Source: Thermodesulfovibrionales bacterium
Lineage (GTDB): Bacteria > Nitrospirota > Thermodesulfovibrionia > Thermodesulfovibrionales > UBA6898
Length of the DNA: 37,795 nucleotides
Assembly (NCBI GenBank): GCA_044450345.1
Contig: JBIOIY010000030.1
Span: 1-37,795, forward strand
Direction of reading: 5' to 3'
Below, in pieces: positions 16,494 through 26,008 of the stretch. The first letter of the stretch is position 1. Every line of letters starts with the position of its first letter. A program made the translations under genes and the position numbers. Under the pieces are notes generated by a model. That model ran no database searches, was not told the DNA's origin, and saw only the letters and a list, made by a program, of their open reading frames with translations.

Positions 16494-17917
16494 TGATCGC
16501 GGGGACCCATAGCGGATGCGGCAAGACGACCGTCACCCTCGGTCTCCTTGCCGCTCTTAAAAAGAAGGGATTGACGGTCCAGGCCTTCAAGGCCGGACCG
16601 GATTTTATCGATTCCGGACTCCACAGGATTATCACCGGCAGGCCTTCGCGGAACCTCGACCTCTGGATGTGCGGGGAGAACTATGTGAAAGAATGTTATG
16701 CAAGAAATTCTTCGGATGCCGATCTCGCTGTCGTAGAAGGGGTCATGGGACTCTATGACGGAACGCTCAGCACCGCGTCGCTTGCGGCACGATTGGACCT
16801 CCCCGTCGTCCTCGTCATCGATTCGTACGGGATGGCCGAGACCGCAGGCGCTCTGGTAAAAGGTTTCGCCGAATATGCGTCGGAAGAAAAGATCGAACTC
16901 GCAGGGGTTATTTTCAACCGGGTGGCGTCCGGACCCCATTACGATCGTCTCTGCGCAGGCGTCCGCAATGTGAGGGTGTTGGGATATCTTCCGAGGGAAC
17001 TGGAATTCGAGATTCCCCATCGCCACCTCGGCCTCACTGTCGCGGAGGAAAATCCTATCGCAGGGGAGAATATCGATAAACTTGCAAACGCCGTGCTGCA
17101 GCATATCGATGTCGACGGACTTATGGGAATAAGCAGGAAAAGGAAACAGGTCCATCGTGCGGCTGCCCCCGGAACTTCCGGACTTTCCTGTCCTATCATC
17201 GCAGTCGCCTATGACAGGGCCTTCTGTTTTTATTATGAAGACAACCTCGACCTTCTCAGGGATGCGGGTGCCGAGATTGTCAGTTTCAGCCCTCTTGCCG
17301 ACGCTGCGGTCCCTGAAGGAGCTGATGCGGTATATATCGGGGGCGGGTATCCCGAGCTTTATGCCCCTGAATTGTCTGTGAACAAGTCGATGATTAACGC
17401 AATCGCGACATGGGCGGCCTCGGGGAAACCGCTTTATGCCGAATGCGGCGGACTGATGTACCTCTCAAGAGGCATACATGATTTCGAAGGGAATTTTTTC
17501 GGGATGGCGGGTGTATTCCCCTTCGAGACGCGGATGAAAAAGGGAAGGTCGAAGCTCGGATACCGGGAGATTTTGTTGAGGGAAGACTGTATCATGGGAA
17601 AAAAAGGAGCGACATTGAGGGGCCACGAATTCCATTATTCGGAAATTGTGGGACAGTTACCAACGTCTGATTCTGTCATTGCGGCTTGTCCGCAATCTTT
17701 CTTTGAAGAGGGATTCCCGACAAGCGGGAATGACAAAAATGGAGCTTTTTGGGCGAATTCCAGGATCTATTCCGTAAAGAACGGCTCAGGACAGGAGCTG
17801 CACGGTGAAGGCTACAGGTATAAGCAGGCGCTGGCCAGTTATATCCATATCCATTTCGGAAGCAACCCCGGCATTGCGAAGGAATTTGTGACTTCATGCA
17901 GGGAGAAAGGTAATTAA
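16481..17917 (+). CDS. cbiA: Cobyrinate a,c-diamide synthase CbiA/CobB
   Basis: SGCGKTT, KAGPDFID, VEGVMGLYDG, RHLGL, AFCFYY, GGGYPEL, YAECGG, GHEFHYS. Confidence 0.96.
   Translation: MRGVVIAGTHSGCGKTTVTLGLLAALKKKGLTVQAFKAGPDFIDSGLHRIITGRPSRNLDLWMCGENYVKECYARNSSDADLAVVEGVMGLYDGTLSTASLAARLDLPVVLVIDSYGMAETAGALVKGFAEYASEEKIELAGVIFNRVASGPHYDRLCAGVRNVRVLGYLPRELEFEIPHRHLGLTVAEENPIAGENIDKLANAVLQHIDVDGLMGISRKRKQVHRAAAPGTSGLSCPIIAVAYDRAFCFYYEDNLDLLRDAGAEIVSFSPLADAAVPEGADAVYIGGGYPELYAPELSVNKSMINAIATWAASGKPLYAECGGLMYLSRGIHDFEGNFFGMAGVFPFETRMKKGRSKLGYREILLREDCIMGKKGATLRGHEFHYSEIVGQLPTSDSVIAACPQSFFEEGFPTSGNDKNGAFWANSRIYSVKNGSGQELHGEGYRYKQALASYIHIHFGSNPGIAKEFVTSCREKGN
17674..17735. repeat. Double-hairpin (REPIN/dRS3-like) element inside cbiA
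   Basis: TGTCATTGCGGCTTGTCCGCAATC ... GATTCCCGACAAGCGGGAATGACA: two inverted copies, each self-palindromic. Confidence 0.7.
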
Positions 17918-17921
17918 TCAG

Positions 17922-18926
17922 GTGGAAAATATCATACTCATCGGACACGGCAGCCCAAAGAAAGAGGCGAACAATATCGACCTCATCGGAAGACTTCTTC
18001 ACCACGCGATCCATCCTGAATGCGAAGGCGGGTGCGTGAAGATTGCGTACCTGCAGTTTGCAGAGCCCGGCATCATGGCAACGATAAAGGGATGCGTCGA
18101 AGGCGGAGCAAAAAAGATAATCGTCCATCCCTTTTTTCTCAGTTCCGGCATGCACGTGACAAAGGACATCCCCGAGATGATCAGCAAAGCGAGAGGGATG
18201 TATTCCGGCGTCGAATTCGTGTATACGGAGCCGCTCGGCATACACGAAAAACTCGTGCAGGTCGTGATCGAGAGGATACGGGACGAAAAATTTTCCGTTC
18301 CCGGGGATATAGAAAAGAGGAGCTTCGAGATAATCTCGGAGGAATTCGACCTGTGCGACGTCCCGGCCGAGCAGATGCCGATTATAAAGCGGGTGATCCA
18401 TTCGACCGCGGATTTCGAGTTCAAAAACACCCTCACCTTCCATCCGGATGCGGTAAGGGCGGGTCTCGATGCGATCAGGGCGGGCAAGGATATCCTCGCT
18501 GATATAGAGATGGTGAAGGCCGGGATTAATAAGCGGCTCCTCAATACATGGGGAGGAGAGGTAATCTGTAATATTGCCGATGAAGAAGTCGTTAGGACCT
18601 CTGAGGAGACCGGCATGACCAGGGCCGAGATATCGATGGTGAAGGGACTAACCGAAAATGTCGGGATCGTGGCGATCGGGAATGCGCCGACGGCCCTTCT
18701 TAAGGTGATCGAACTCCTTTCGGGTAGGGGCGTATTGCCATACGCCCCTGCAACTTCCCCTCTTGTCGTCGGAGTTCCCGTGGGTTTTGTGAAGGCCCTC
18801 GAATCGAAGGCCCTTCTTTCGACCCAAAGATTTCCTTTCATCACGAATGTAAGCAGAAAGGGCGGAACGCCGGTCGCCGTCGCGATCGTAAACGCTCTGT
18901 TGAAAATGGCCGCAGAGGAAAAATGA
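17922..18926 (+). CDS. cbiC: Fusion of short CbiX cobaltochelatase domain and CbiC/CobH precorrin-8X methylmutase
   Basis: N-terminal ILIGHGS...AYLQFAEP...PFFLSSGMHVTKDIP...EPLG (CbiX), then IEKRSFEII...RVIHSTAD...AIGNAPTAL...GVPVGFV...KGGTPVAVAIVNAL (CbiC). Confidence 0.9.
   Translation: MENIILIGHGSPKKEANNIDLIGRLLHHAIHPECEGGCVKIAYLQFAEPGIMATIKGCVEGGAKKIIVHPFFLSSGMHVTKDIPEMISKARGMYSGVEFVYTEPLGIHEKLVQVVIERIRDEKFSVPGDIEKRSFEIISEEFDLCDVPAEQMPIIKRVIHSTADFEFKNTLTFHPDAVRAGLDAIRAGKDILADIEMVKAGINKRLLNTWGGEVICNIADEEVVRTSEETGMTRAEISMVKGLTENVGIVAIGNAPTALLKVIELLSGRGVLPYAPATSPLVVGVPVGFVKALESKALLSTQRFPFITNVSRKGGTPVAVAIVNALLKMAAEEK
18724..18751. repeat. GTAG-type REP-like palindrome inside cbiC
   Basis: GT-AGGGGCGTAT-TGCC-ATACGCCCCT-GC with perfect 10-bp arms. 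Confidence 0.7.
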
Positions 18927-19711
18927 AAACGCGGGATTCAAAAACTAAAATTCGCTGCTCGAAGTCGAGCGTTTTTATCCTTTCGCTATTCGCTATTCAC
19001 TATTTACTGTTCGCTGCCTCCGACGCATATGCGATGCATATCTCGGAAGGGATTCTTCCCTACGGATGGGCCGCTTTTTGGTTCGCCGCCTCGGCTCCTT
19101 TTGTGGCCTACGGATTATACAGACTGAAGATGACTTCGAAAACCGATCTCTCGTTTAAGCCCCTCGTCGGTCTCCTGACGGCGGCGGTCTTCATCATCTC
19201 CTGCATGCCGGTTCCCGTGCCGATCGCGGGCACGGCTTCTCATCCATGCGGAACAGGGATATCGGGGATTTTGCTCGGGCCGTCGATAAGCGTCCTCGTT
19301 GCGTCGGCTGCGCTGCTCATTCAGGCGCTTTTCCTCTCCCACGGCGGATTGAGTACGCTCGGGGCCAATATCTTTTCGATGGGAGTCATAGGATCCTTTA
19401 CCGGCTTCATCGTCTTCAGACTCCTTCGGATATTCCAGGTAAATCTCGCCATAGCGGGCTTTTTCGCCGGCATCCTCGCCGACTGGGCAACCTATATGGC
19501 AACTTCTCTCGAACTCGCCGCCGGGATAAAGGGCGATGCGTTATTCCTCCCGCTATTTCTCAAGATCCTCATCGCCTTCATCCCGACCCAACTCCCCCTC
19601 GGTGTTCTTGAAGGGGTCATGACTGCGGGCATGATGTCGCTCCTTTACCGGAAGAGGCCCGACCTGCTCGTGAAAATGCGCGTTCTCAAACCGGAGGAGG
19701 CGGCGGGATGA
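18923..19711 (+). CDS. cbiM: Cobalt ECF transporter substrate component CbiM, with signal peptide
   Basis: AYA|MHISEG N-terminal metal-binding motif after a leader; SHPCG, HGGLSTLGAN, FIPTQLPL. Confidence 0.93.
   Translation: MKTRDSKTKIRCSKSSVFILSLFAIHYLLFAASDAYAMHISEGILPYGWAAFWFAASAPFVAYGLYRLKMTSKTDLSFKPLVGLLTAAVFIISCMPVPVPIAGTASHPCGTGISGILLGPSISVLVASAALLIQALFLSHGGLSTLGANIFSMGVIGSFTGFIVFRLLRIFQVNLAIAGFFAGILADWATYMATSLELAAGIKGDALFLPLFLKILIAFIPTQLPLGVLEGVMTAGMMSLLYRKRPDLLVKMRVLKPEEAAG
18982..19016. repeat. TTCGCTA-type heptamer array encoding the CbiM signal-peptide core
   Basis: TTCGCTA TTCGCTA TTCACTA TTTACTG TTCGCTG. Confidence 0.65.
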
Positions 19712-20019
19712 GAAACGGGAAGCCAGGGACAAGAAGACGGAAGTTCGGCAAATTGTTGTTCACCATATGTTTGCTATTCGCGATGTACTGTTTATTTTTC
19801 ACGGTTGTTTTCGCTGAAGAGAAATGGCAGGGAGTTGATAAGGCAGTCGTGGAAAAGTTTGCAAAGGAGCACGGGAGAGAGGCAAAGGAAAATCTGATCA
19901 ACACCGATCAGGGTGACCTTCTCCTCTTTGTCTTTCTCATAGCCGGGGTCGTCGGAGGCTTCGCGGCAGGATATTACTGGCGGGTGCTCACTGAACAGAA
20001 GGCGAAGGAGAGAGAGTGA
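19708..20019 (+). CDS. Small auxiliary cobalt-transport membrane protein (CbiN-like position)
   Basis: Between cbiM and cbiQ; two hydrophobic segments flank the loop WQGVDKAVVEKFA...DQGDLLLF. Confidence 0.7.
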   Translation: MRNGKPGTRRRKFGKLLFTICLLFAMYCLFFTVVFAEEKWQGVDKAVVEKFAKEHGREAKENLINTDQGDLLLFVFLIAGVVGGFAAGYYWRVLTEQKAKERE

Positions 20020-20774
20020 ATATGCACGTATTTTCGGATCATTCCAGGAAAAACCATATCCTCTCAGAGAGCGACGCGAGGCTGAAGCTTCTGGTTGCAG
20101 CGGGGCTTCTTGTGATGGTCCTGAGTTACAGGGGGTTCGTCTTCCCCCTCGTCGTGACGGCAGTGGGTTTTCTGCTCTGCGTGAAGATGAAGGTGCCGAT
20201 GAAGGCCTTCATCCTGAGGTTTTCGGAGCCCGCCTTCATTGCGCTCGTGCTGGTCCTGATCAAGTTCTTTTTCTTCGGCAGGGACGTGCTCTTTACGACC
20301 CATCTCTTCGGCATTGCGATATCCGGATACAGGGACGGACTCATCGATGGATTGATGATCGCGACGAGGATAATCGGCGCGGTATCGGTGATCGCGGCGC
20401 TCGGTTTCGCCACGCCCTTTACCGATATGATGTCCGGTCTGTCCTGGTTCAGGGTCCCGCAGGGGCTGATCGAGATATTGATGTTCGCCTACCGGTATAT
20501 CTTCATGCTTTTCGAGGACGCCATGGTGATCTATCACGCGCAGAAAAACCGGCTCGGGTATTCAAATCTCAGACGCGGTCTGACTTCCTTCGGCATCCTG
20601 GCCGGCTCATTGACCCTCAAGGCCTTCGAGCACAGCCAGAACGCGACGGTTGCCATGGTCCAGCGGGGATACGACGGGACCATGCCTGTTCTGAAACATA
20701 AGCCCTTCAAACCTGCCGAGGTGGTCGCATCGGTCTGCATAATCGTAATCATGGGAGTCATATGGAAGATATAA
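20016..20774 (+). CDS. cbiQ: Cobalt ECF transporter T component CbiQ
   Basis: DARLKL, AYRYIFML, AQKNRLGY, AMVQRGY. Confidence 0.92.
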   Translation: MNMHVFSDHSRKNHILSESDARLKLLVAAGLLVMVLSYRGFVFPLVVTAVGFLLCVKMKVPMKAFILRFSEPAFIALVLVLIKFFFFGRDVLFTTHLFGIAISGYRDGLIDGLMIATRIIGAVSVIAALGFATPFTDMMSGLSWFRVPQGLIEILMFAYRYIFMLFEDAMVIYHAQKNRLGYSNLRRGLTSFGILAGSLTLKAFEHSQNATVAMVQRGYDGTMPVLKHKPFKPAEVVASVCIIVIMGVIWKI

Positions 20775-21622
20775 TCAGGCTTGCGGTGAGGATAGAAACG
20801 TTTCGATATCCCGACGGAACGAGGGCAATGGACGGAATTACCCTCGATATTAAACAGGGGGAGTTTGCAGGCATACTCGGATCGAACGGCTCCGGCAAGA
20901 CGACCCTCCTCAAGATCATGGACGGACTGATCAAGGACATTAAGGGAAGCGTCCATCTAGACGGTTCGGACATGAAGAAACTCTCGCCGAAGGAGATCTA
21001 CCGCAAGGTAGGCCTTATATTCCAAAACCCGGACGAACAGCTTTTTGCGCCGACCGTATTCGAGGACGTCTCGTTCGGCCCGCTCAATATGGGCTTTACC
21101 GAAGAGGAGACGGCAGAGAAGGTGAAAGAGGCGCTCGGCAATGTCGAAATGGAAGAGTACGGGAAAAAATCGATCCATAATCTGAGCTTCGGCCAGAAAA
21201 AAAGGATCTGCATCGCGGGACTCCTTGCGATGGGACATGAGATTCTCCTCCTCGACGAGCCGACCGCAGGCCTCGACCCAATGGGTGAATACAGAATGAT
21301 GAACCTCCTGAAGAGGCTGAACAGGGAAAAGGGGGTAACGATCGTTATGGCCACCCACAGCGTTGACCTCGTGCCGCTCTTTCTCGACAGGCTCTTTATT
21401 CTCAGCAAGGGCAGCATTATAAGGGGGGGAGTCCCGGAGCAGGTCTTCACCGCGCCCGAAGAGATGTCTGAGGTAAAACTCAGGCTCCCGCAGATCGCGG
21501 AGCTTATCTACAGGCTGAAGCATGAAGATAAGATGCCTTTTGAGAGGATCCCTCTCACAATCGGTGAGGCCCGCAGGGAGATCATGAGGAGCGTCGACGT
21601 TCACAGCGATGGAGGGACTTAG
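20762..21622 (+). CDS. cbiO: Cobalt ECF transporter ATPase CbiO
   Basis: GSNGSGKTT, FQNPDEQLF, LSFGQKKR, LLDEPTAGLD. Confidence 0.93.
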   Translation: MEDIIRLAVRIETFRYPDGTRAMDGITLDIKQGEFAGILGSNGSGKTTLLKIMDGLIKDIKGSVHLDGSDMKKLSPKEIYRKVGLIFQNPDEQLFAPTVFEDVSFGPLNMGFTEEETAEKVKEALGNVEMEEYGKKSIHNLSFGQKKRICIAGLLAMGHEILLLDEPTAGLDPMGEYRMMNLLKRLNREKGVTIVMATHSVDLVPLFLDRLFILSKGSIIRGGVPEQVFTAPEEMSEVKLRLPQIAELIYRLKHEDKMPFERIPLTIGEARREIMRSVDVHSDGGT

Positions 21623-21628
21623 AAGAAG

Positions 21629-22150
21629 ATGAAGAAAGGCTACATACAGGTTTACACGGGAAACGGAAAGGGCAAGACGACTGCGGCACTGGGGCTTTCC
21701 CTGAGGGCAGCAGGCGCAGGGCTCAAAGTGTTTATCGCCCAGTTCATAAAGAAACGGAGATGCAGCGAACACGATATAATCCAGGAGCGGTTCTCGGACC
21801 TGATAACCGTCGAACAGTTCGGCAAAGGGCTCATTCTGAAACGGACGACGACGCAATCTGATATGAAGGCGGCGCAGAAGGGTCTTGCAGAGATCAGGAA
21901 TGCGATAGAATCGAATGAATATGACATCGTGATTCTCGATGAGGTGAATGTGGCGGTGCACTACAATCTCATCGACCTCGACGACCTTCTCGATATCATG
22001 CAGAAGAAGCCCGAAGGCGTAGAGCTCGTCATTACCGGAAGATACGCCGATGACAAGGTGATCGAGAGTGCGGACCTCGTGACCGATATGAGGGAGATCA
22101 AGCATTACAAGAGGAAGGGGATCAAGGCCAGACGTGGCATCGAATACTAA
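21629..22150 (+). CDS. cobO: Cob(I)yrinic acid a,c-diamide adenosyltransferase (CobO/BtuR)
   Basis: YTGNGKGKTTAA, QFIK, ILDE, ELVITGR, ADLVT, KH...GIEY. Confidence 0.95.
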   Translation: MKKGYIQVYTGNGKGKTTAALGLSLRAAGAGLKVFIAQFIKKRRCSEHDIIQERFSDLITVEQFGKGLILKRTTTQSDMKAAQKGLAEIRNAIESNEYDIVILDEVNVAVHYNLIDLDDLLDIMQKKPEGVELVITGRYADDKVIESADLVTDMREIKHYKRKGIKARRGIEY

Positions 22151-23252
22151 AAAACTGAGGTCAGGATATACCACGGGGGCGTGTGCTGCAGCTGCTGCAA
22201 AAGCTGCAACGATACTTCTGCTTTGTGCTGACAGGCAAGGGCAAAGGAGTACGGAAGTGGAAGTCCCATTTCCTGACGGAAGCAGGGTAACGTTTGCGCT
22301 CCATTACCTCGAGATTACAAACGGTTCTTCAGGGCCGGTGGCATCGGCATCAGTAATTAAAGATGCGGGAGATGACCCCGATGTGACGAACGGTGCGGAG
22401 ATCATGGCCTCGGCGAGAATCTTTACGGGCTCCGCAGACGGGAGCGAAGGTATGTTGCTGAAAGGCGGCAGAGGCGTCGGACGAGTGACTAAGCCGGGAC
22501 TTTCGGTCCCGGTCGGGGAACCCGCGATCAATCCGGTACCAAGGAGGATGATCGGGGAAGCGGTGGCCGAGGCGGTCCGCGAATGCGGGCCGGCGGACGG
22601 GCACAGGATAGAAATCACGATCTCTGTCCCGAAAGGAGAGGAACTGGCGAAAAAGACGCTCAACTCGAGGCTCGGCATAATCGGCGGCATATCGATATTG
22701 GGCACTTCCGGCATCGTCAGGCCTCTTTCGACAGAGGCCTGGACCAGCAGCATTGTCGCTGCGATGGATGTGGCCAAGGCATCCGGAATCGCAGAGATAG
22801 TTCTCTCCGTGGGCAGGGTATCTGAAAAGGCCCATATGAAAAAATACAGGGTGCCCGAAGAGGCATACGTGATGATGGGCGACTACTTCGAATTTTCCCT
22901 GGCGGAGGCGAAAAAGCATACTTTTGAAAAGATCCATATCAGTGCACATTGGGCAAAGATGCTCAAGATCTCGATGTCGACGCCCCAGACCCATGTGAGA
23001 CACGGTGCGATCGACATAAGGAAAGGGGTGGAGCATCTAACCCGTATGGGTATCGCCGTCCCCGAAGGCCGTGAATTCAACACCGCTCGTGAAATATACG
23101 ACCATCTCATCTCGACATACGGACTTTCACGACCGATGCTCCGTAAGGTCTGCCTCGCTGCAAAGAGATACGCCGAAGGGATCACCGCCGGAATTCCGGT
23201 GACGACCCACCTCGTTTCGTATGAAGGGGATATAATAACAGACAGTGAATAA
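22134..23252 (+). CDS. cbiD: Cobalt-precorrin-5B C1-methyltransferase
   Basis: LRSGYTTGACAAAA, KDAGDDPDVT, AINPVP, TLNSRLGIIGGISILGTSG. Confidence 0.96.
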   Translation: MASNTKKLRSGYTTGACAAAAAKAATILLLCADRQGQRSTEVEVPFPDGSRVTFALHYLEITNGSSGPVASASVIKDAGDDPDVTNGAEIMASARIFTGSADGSEGMLLKGGRGVGRVTKPGLSVPVGEPAINPVPRRMIGEAVAEAVRECGPADGHRIEITISVPKGEELAKKTLNSRLGIIGGISILGTSGIVRPLSTEAWTSSIVAAMDVAKASGIAEIVLSVGRVSEKAHMKKYRVPEEAYVMMGDYFEFSLAEAKKHTFEKIHISAHWAKMLKISMSTPQTHVRHGAIDIRKGVEHLTRMGIAVPEGREFNTAREIYDHLISTYGLSRPMLRKVCLAAKRYAEGITAGIPVTTHLVSYEGDIITDSE

Positions 23253-24531
23253 GATCCACGTCATAGGCGTCGGCTACAGGCCTTTTACTGAAAGGGCGCG
23301 GGAAGTCCTGTTCAGGGCAGACCATATCCTGGCGTCCATCAGGCTCTTTGAAGTCTTCAAGAGATATGAGGATTTCACCTCGCTGGAAGAGAAGGTCAAG
23401 GTCATAAACAGGATTGAAGAGACGATGGACTTCATCCGCAATAACTTCGAGGAGAGGGCGGTCGTTCTCCTTGCTTCAGGGGACCCGTTGTTTTTCGGCA
23501 TCGGCAGGAAAGTCATCGGTGAGTTCGGTGAGGACCGCGTCGAGATACTTCCCGATCTTTCGAGTATTCAGATCGCCTTCTCGAAGATCAAAGAACCCTG
23601 GGATGACGTGTTTCTGATGAGCCTTCACGGCGGCCCCGATCCAGAAAAGAGGAGAAGACTCCCCTACGAAATCGGCGACATATCTTCACTCCTCCGGGTG
23701 CACAACAAGATGGCGGTCCTCACCGACAGGGAGAACAGCCCGACGGAGATCGCAAGGCGGATCCCGAGAGTTCCGGGATTCACCGCGTTGAAGATTTTCG
23801 TCTGCGAAAAACTCGGCTATCAGGATGAGAAGATCACTTCCGGAACGCCTGAGGAAATCGCAGGAATGACCTTTTCGGACCCGAATGTGGTCATACTGGT
23901 GAACAGCGAAGAAGCGCGGAAGAAGGGAAGCGCGGAAGGGGAACGTATCGCGAAGAATACAGATATGCCTTTCGGGCTTTCTGAAATGGAAATTGCCCAT
24001 TCCAGGGGGCTCATCACTAAGGACGAGGTCAGAGCGGTATCGATCCACAAACTGAGGCTCCCGAAAAAAGGCATATTCTGGGATATCGGCGCGGGTTCCG
24101 GTTCGGTATCGATCGAGACGGCAAGGCTCTATCCTGAATTGAAGGTCTTTGCGATCGAGAAAAATGAGGAACAACTCGCATACATCAAAGAGAACAAAAT
24201 GAAATTCGGCACGCGAAATATTGCGATCACATCCGGTGAAGCGCCTGAAGTCTTGAAAGACCTGCCTTCCCCGGACAGGGTCTTCATCGGTGGGAGCGGC
24301 GGTCAGCTGTCCGGAATAATACGCCGCATCAGGGAGAGGATGCCGAGGGGGGTCGTTGTGCTGAACGCCGTAATGCTGGAGACCCTGAATGAGGCATTAG
24401 CGGTCCTGGAGAACAACGGCTTCGAAACGGAGATTTCGCAGATTTCTGTATCGAGATCGAAACTCCTTAACGACCAGAGGCAGATGGCTGCATTGAATCC
24501 CGTCTTCGTCATCAGGGGGGAGAGGAAATGA
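23245..24531 (+). CDS. cbiET: Bifunctional CbiE/CbiT precorrin-6Y C5,15-methyltransferase (decarboxylating)
   Basis: LASGDPLFFGIG (CbiE), then ITKDEVR and WDIGAGSGSVSIE...PDRVFIGGSGG (CbiT). Confidence 0.93.
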   Translation: MNKIHVIGVGYRPFTERAREVLFRADHILASIRLFEVFKRYEDFTSLEEKVKVINRIEETMDFIRNNFEERAVVLLASGDPLFFGIGRKVIGEFGEDRVEILPDLSSIQIAFSKIKEPWDDVFLMSLHGGPDPEKRRRLPYEIGDISSLLRVHNKMAVLTDRENSPTEIARRIPRVPGFTALKIFVCEKLGYQDEKITSGTPEEIAGMTFSDPNVVILVNSEEARKKGSAEGERIAKNTDMPFGLSEMEIAHSRGLITKDEVRAVSIHKLRLPKKGIFWDIGAGSGSVSIETARLYPELKVFAIEKNEEQLAYIKENKMKFGTRNIAITSGEAPEVLKDLPSPDRVFIGGSGGQLSGIIRRIRERMPRGVVVLNAVMLETLNEALAVLENNGFETEISQISVSRSKLLNDQRQMAALNPVFVIRGERK

Positions 24532-25247
24532 AACCTGGCAAACTCTATGTGATAGGTGTCGGTCCGGGGGACCCCGAGTTGCTGACGATAAAGGGCCTGC
24601 GGATCCTTAACGGGATCTCCTGCATCTGTGTGCCAAAGGGCAGAGAAGAAGGGAGCAGCCTCGCGCTTTCGATCGTAAGGAAGATCGTGGACCTCGACAA
24701 TAAAGAAATTATCGAGGCCTATTTCCCGATGAGAAAGACAAGAGAATCGGTGCATGGCGTCGAACTCGATGCGAAGTGGGATGAGACAGTGAGAACGGTG
24801 TCGGACAGGCTGAATAAGGGCGCCGATATGGCGTTCATCACGATAGGCGACCCCACCATCTACAGCACCTTCTTCTACCTGTACGACAGGCTGATCGAAT
24901 CTGATCCGAACGTTGATATCGAGATCGTCCCGGGCGTTTCTTCGATCACCGGGTCCGCAGCAAGGGCGAAAATCTCCCTGGGGCTGGCGGACGAAAAGAT
25001 TGCCGTGCTTCCCGCCACCTATGTCGGGAATCTGAGAGAGACATTCGAGAAATTCGATACGATCGTGCTCATGAAGGTCCACAGGGTATTCGGGAAGGTC
25101 ATCGAGATACTCGACGATATGCATCTGGCGTCAAAAGCGGTATATGTCTCAAGGGCCGGAATGGAAGACGAAAAGATAGTCAGAGACATCAAGGCGCTGA
25201 AAGAGGAGGATATGAACTACTTTTCGATGGTGATAGTAAGAAAATGA
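24528..25247 (+). CDS. cbiL: Precorrin-2 C20-methyltransferase
   Basis: GVGPGDPELLT, FPM, ITIGDPTIYSTF, VLMK, YFS. Confidence 0.92.
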   Translation: MKPGKLYVIGVGPGDPELLTIKGLRILNGISCICVPKGREEGSSLALSIVRKIVDLDNKEIIEAYFPMRKTRESVHGVELDAKWDETVRTVSDRLNKGADMAFITIGDPTIYSTFFYLYDRLIESDPNVDIEIVPGVSSITGSAARAKISLGLADEKIAVLPATYVGNLRETFEKFDTIVLMKVHRVFGKVIEILDDMHLASKAVYVSRAGMEDEKIVRDIKALKEEDMNYFSMVIVRK

Positions 25248-26008
25248 AGCACAAGGCGATCGTGTATTTCGTGGGAGCAGGCCCCGGAGACCCGGAACTT
25301 ATCACCCTTAAGGGCAGAAGACTTCTCGATGAGGCCGACGCGGTGATTTATGCAGGAAGCCTGGTCAATCCGGAGCTTCTCAAGGGTATAAAAGCGGAGG
25401 TCTTCAATTCGGCAAAGATGAACCTCGACGAGATAATAGATGTCATGGCGGGTGCGATAAAGAAAGGCAAGACGGCAGTCAGGCTTCATACCGGCGATAC
25501 TTCTTTTTACAGCGCCATATCGGAACAGATCGAGAGACTGAGGGAACTTAATATCGACTGCGAGGTGGTCCCCGGCGTTTCTTCCGCCATGGCGGGCGCG
25601 GCAGTGCTCAAACAGGAACTCACGATCCCGGAGATAAGTCAGACGGTCATATTCACGCGAATGGAAGGGAGGACGCCGGTGCCCGATTCCGAAAGATTGG
25701 GCGAACTCGCGAAACACGGATCGACGATGGTGGTATTCCTGAGCGTCGGCATGATCGAAAGAGTGAGAGAGGAGCTTTTGCAAGGCTATGATGAGGAGAC
25801 TCCTTTTGCGGTCGTCGAAAAGGCATCATGGCCTGAACAGAAAGTAGTGAGGGGAAGGCTGAAGGAGATTGTCGAGGTGGTAAAGGAATCGGGCATCGAG
25901 AAGACTGCGCTCATCTATATCGGCGATTCTCTCAGGGCCTCGGAGGGCCCTCTCGGAAAGGAATCGAAGCTCTATCACAAGGATTTCACCCATGGGTACC
26001 GGAAATAA
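25244..26008 (+). CDS. cbiF: Precorrin-4 C11-methyltransferase
   Basis: GAGPGDPELIT, YAGSLV, RLHTGD, ELTIPEISQTVI, GRTPVP, SKLY. Confidence 0.95.
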   Translation: MKHKAIVYFVGAGPGDPELITLKGRRLLDEADAVIYAGSLVNPELLKGIKAEVFNSAKMNLDEIIDVMAGAIKKGKTAVRLHTGDTSFYSAISEQIERLRELNIDCEVVPGVSSAMAGAAVLKQELTIPEISQTVIFTRMEGRTPVPDSERLGELAKHGSTMVVFLSVGMIERVREELLQGYDEETPFAVVEKASWPEQKVVRGRLKEIVEVVKESGIEKTALIYIGDSLRASEGPLGKESKLYHKDFTHGYRK

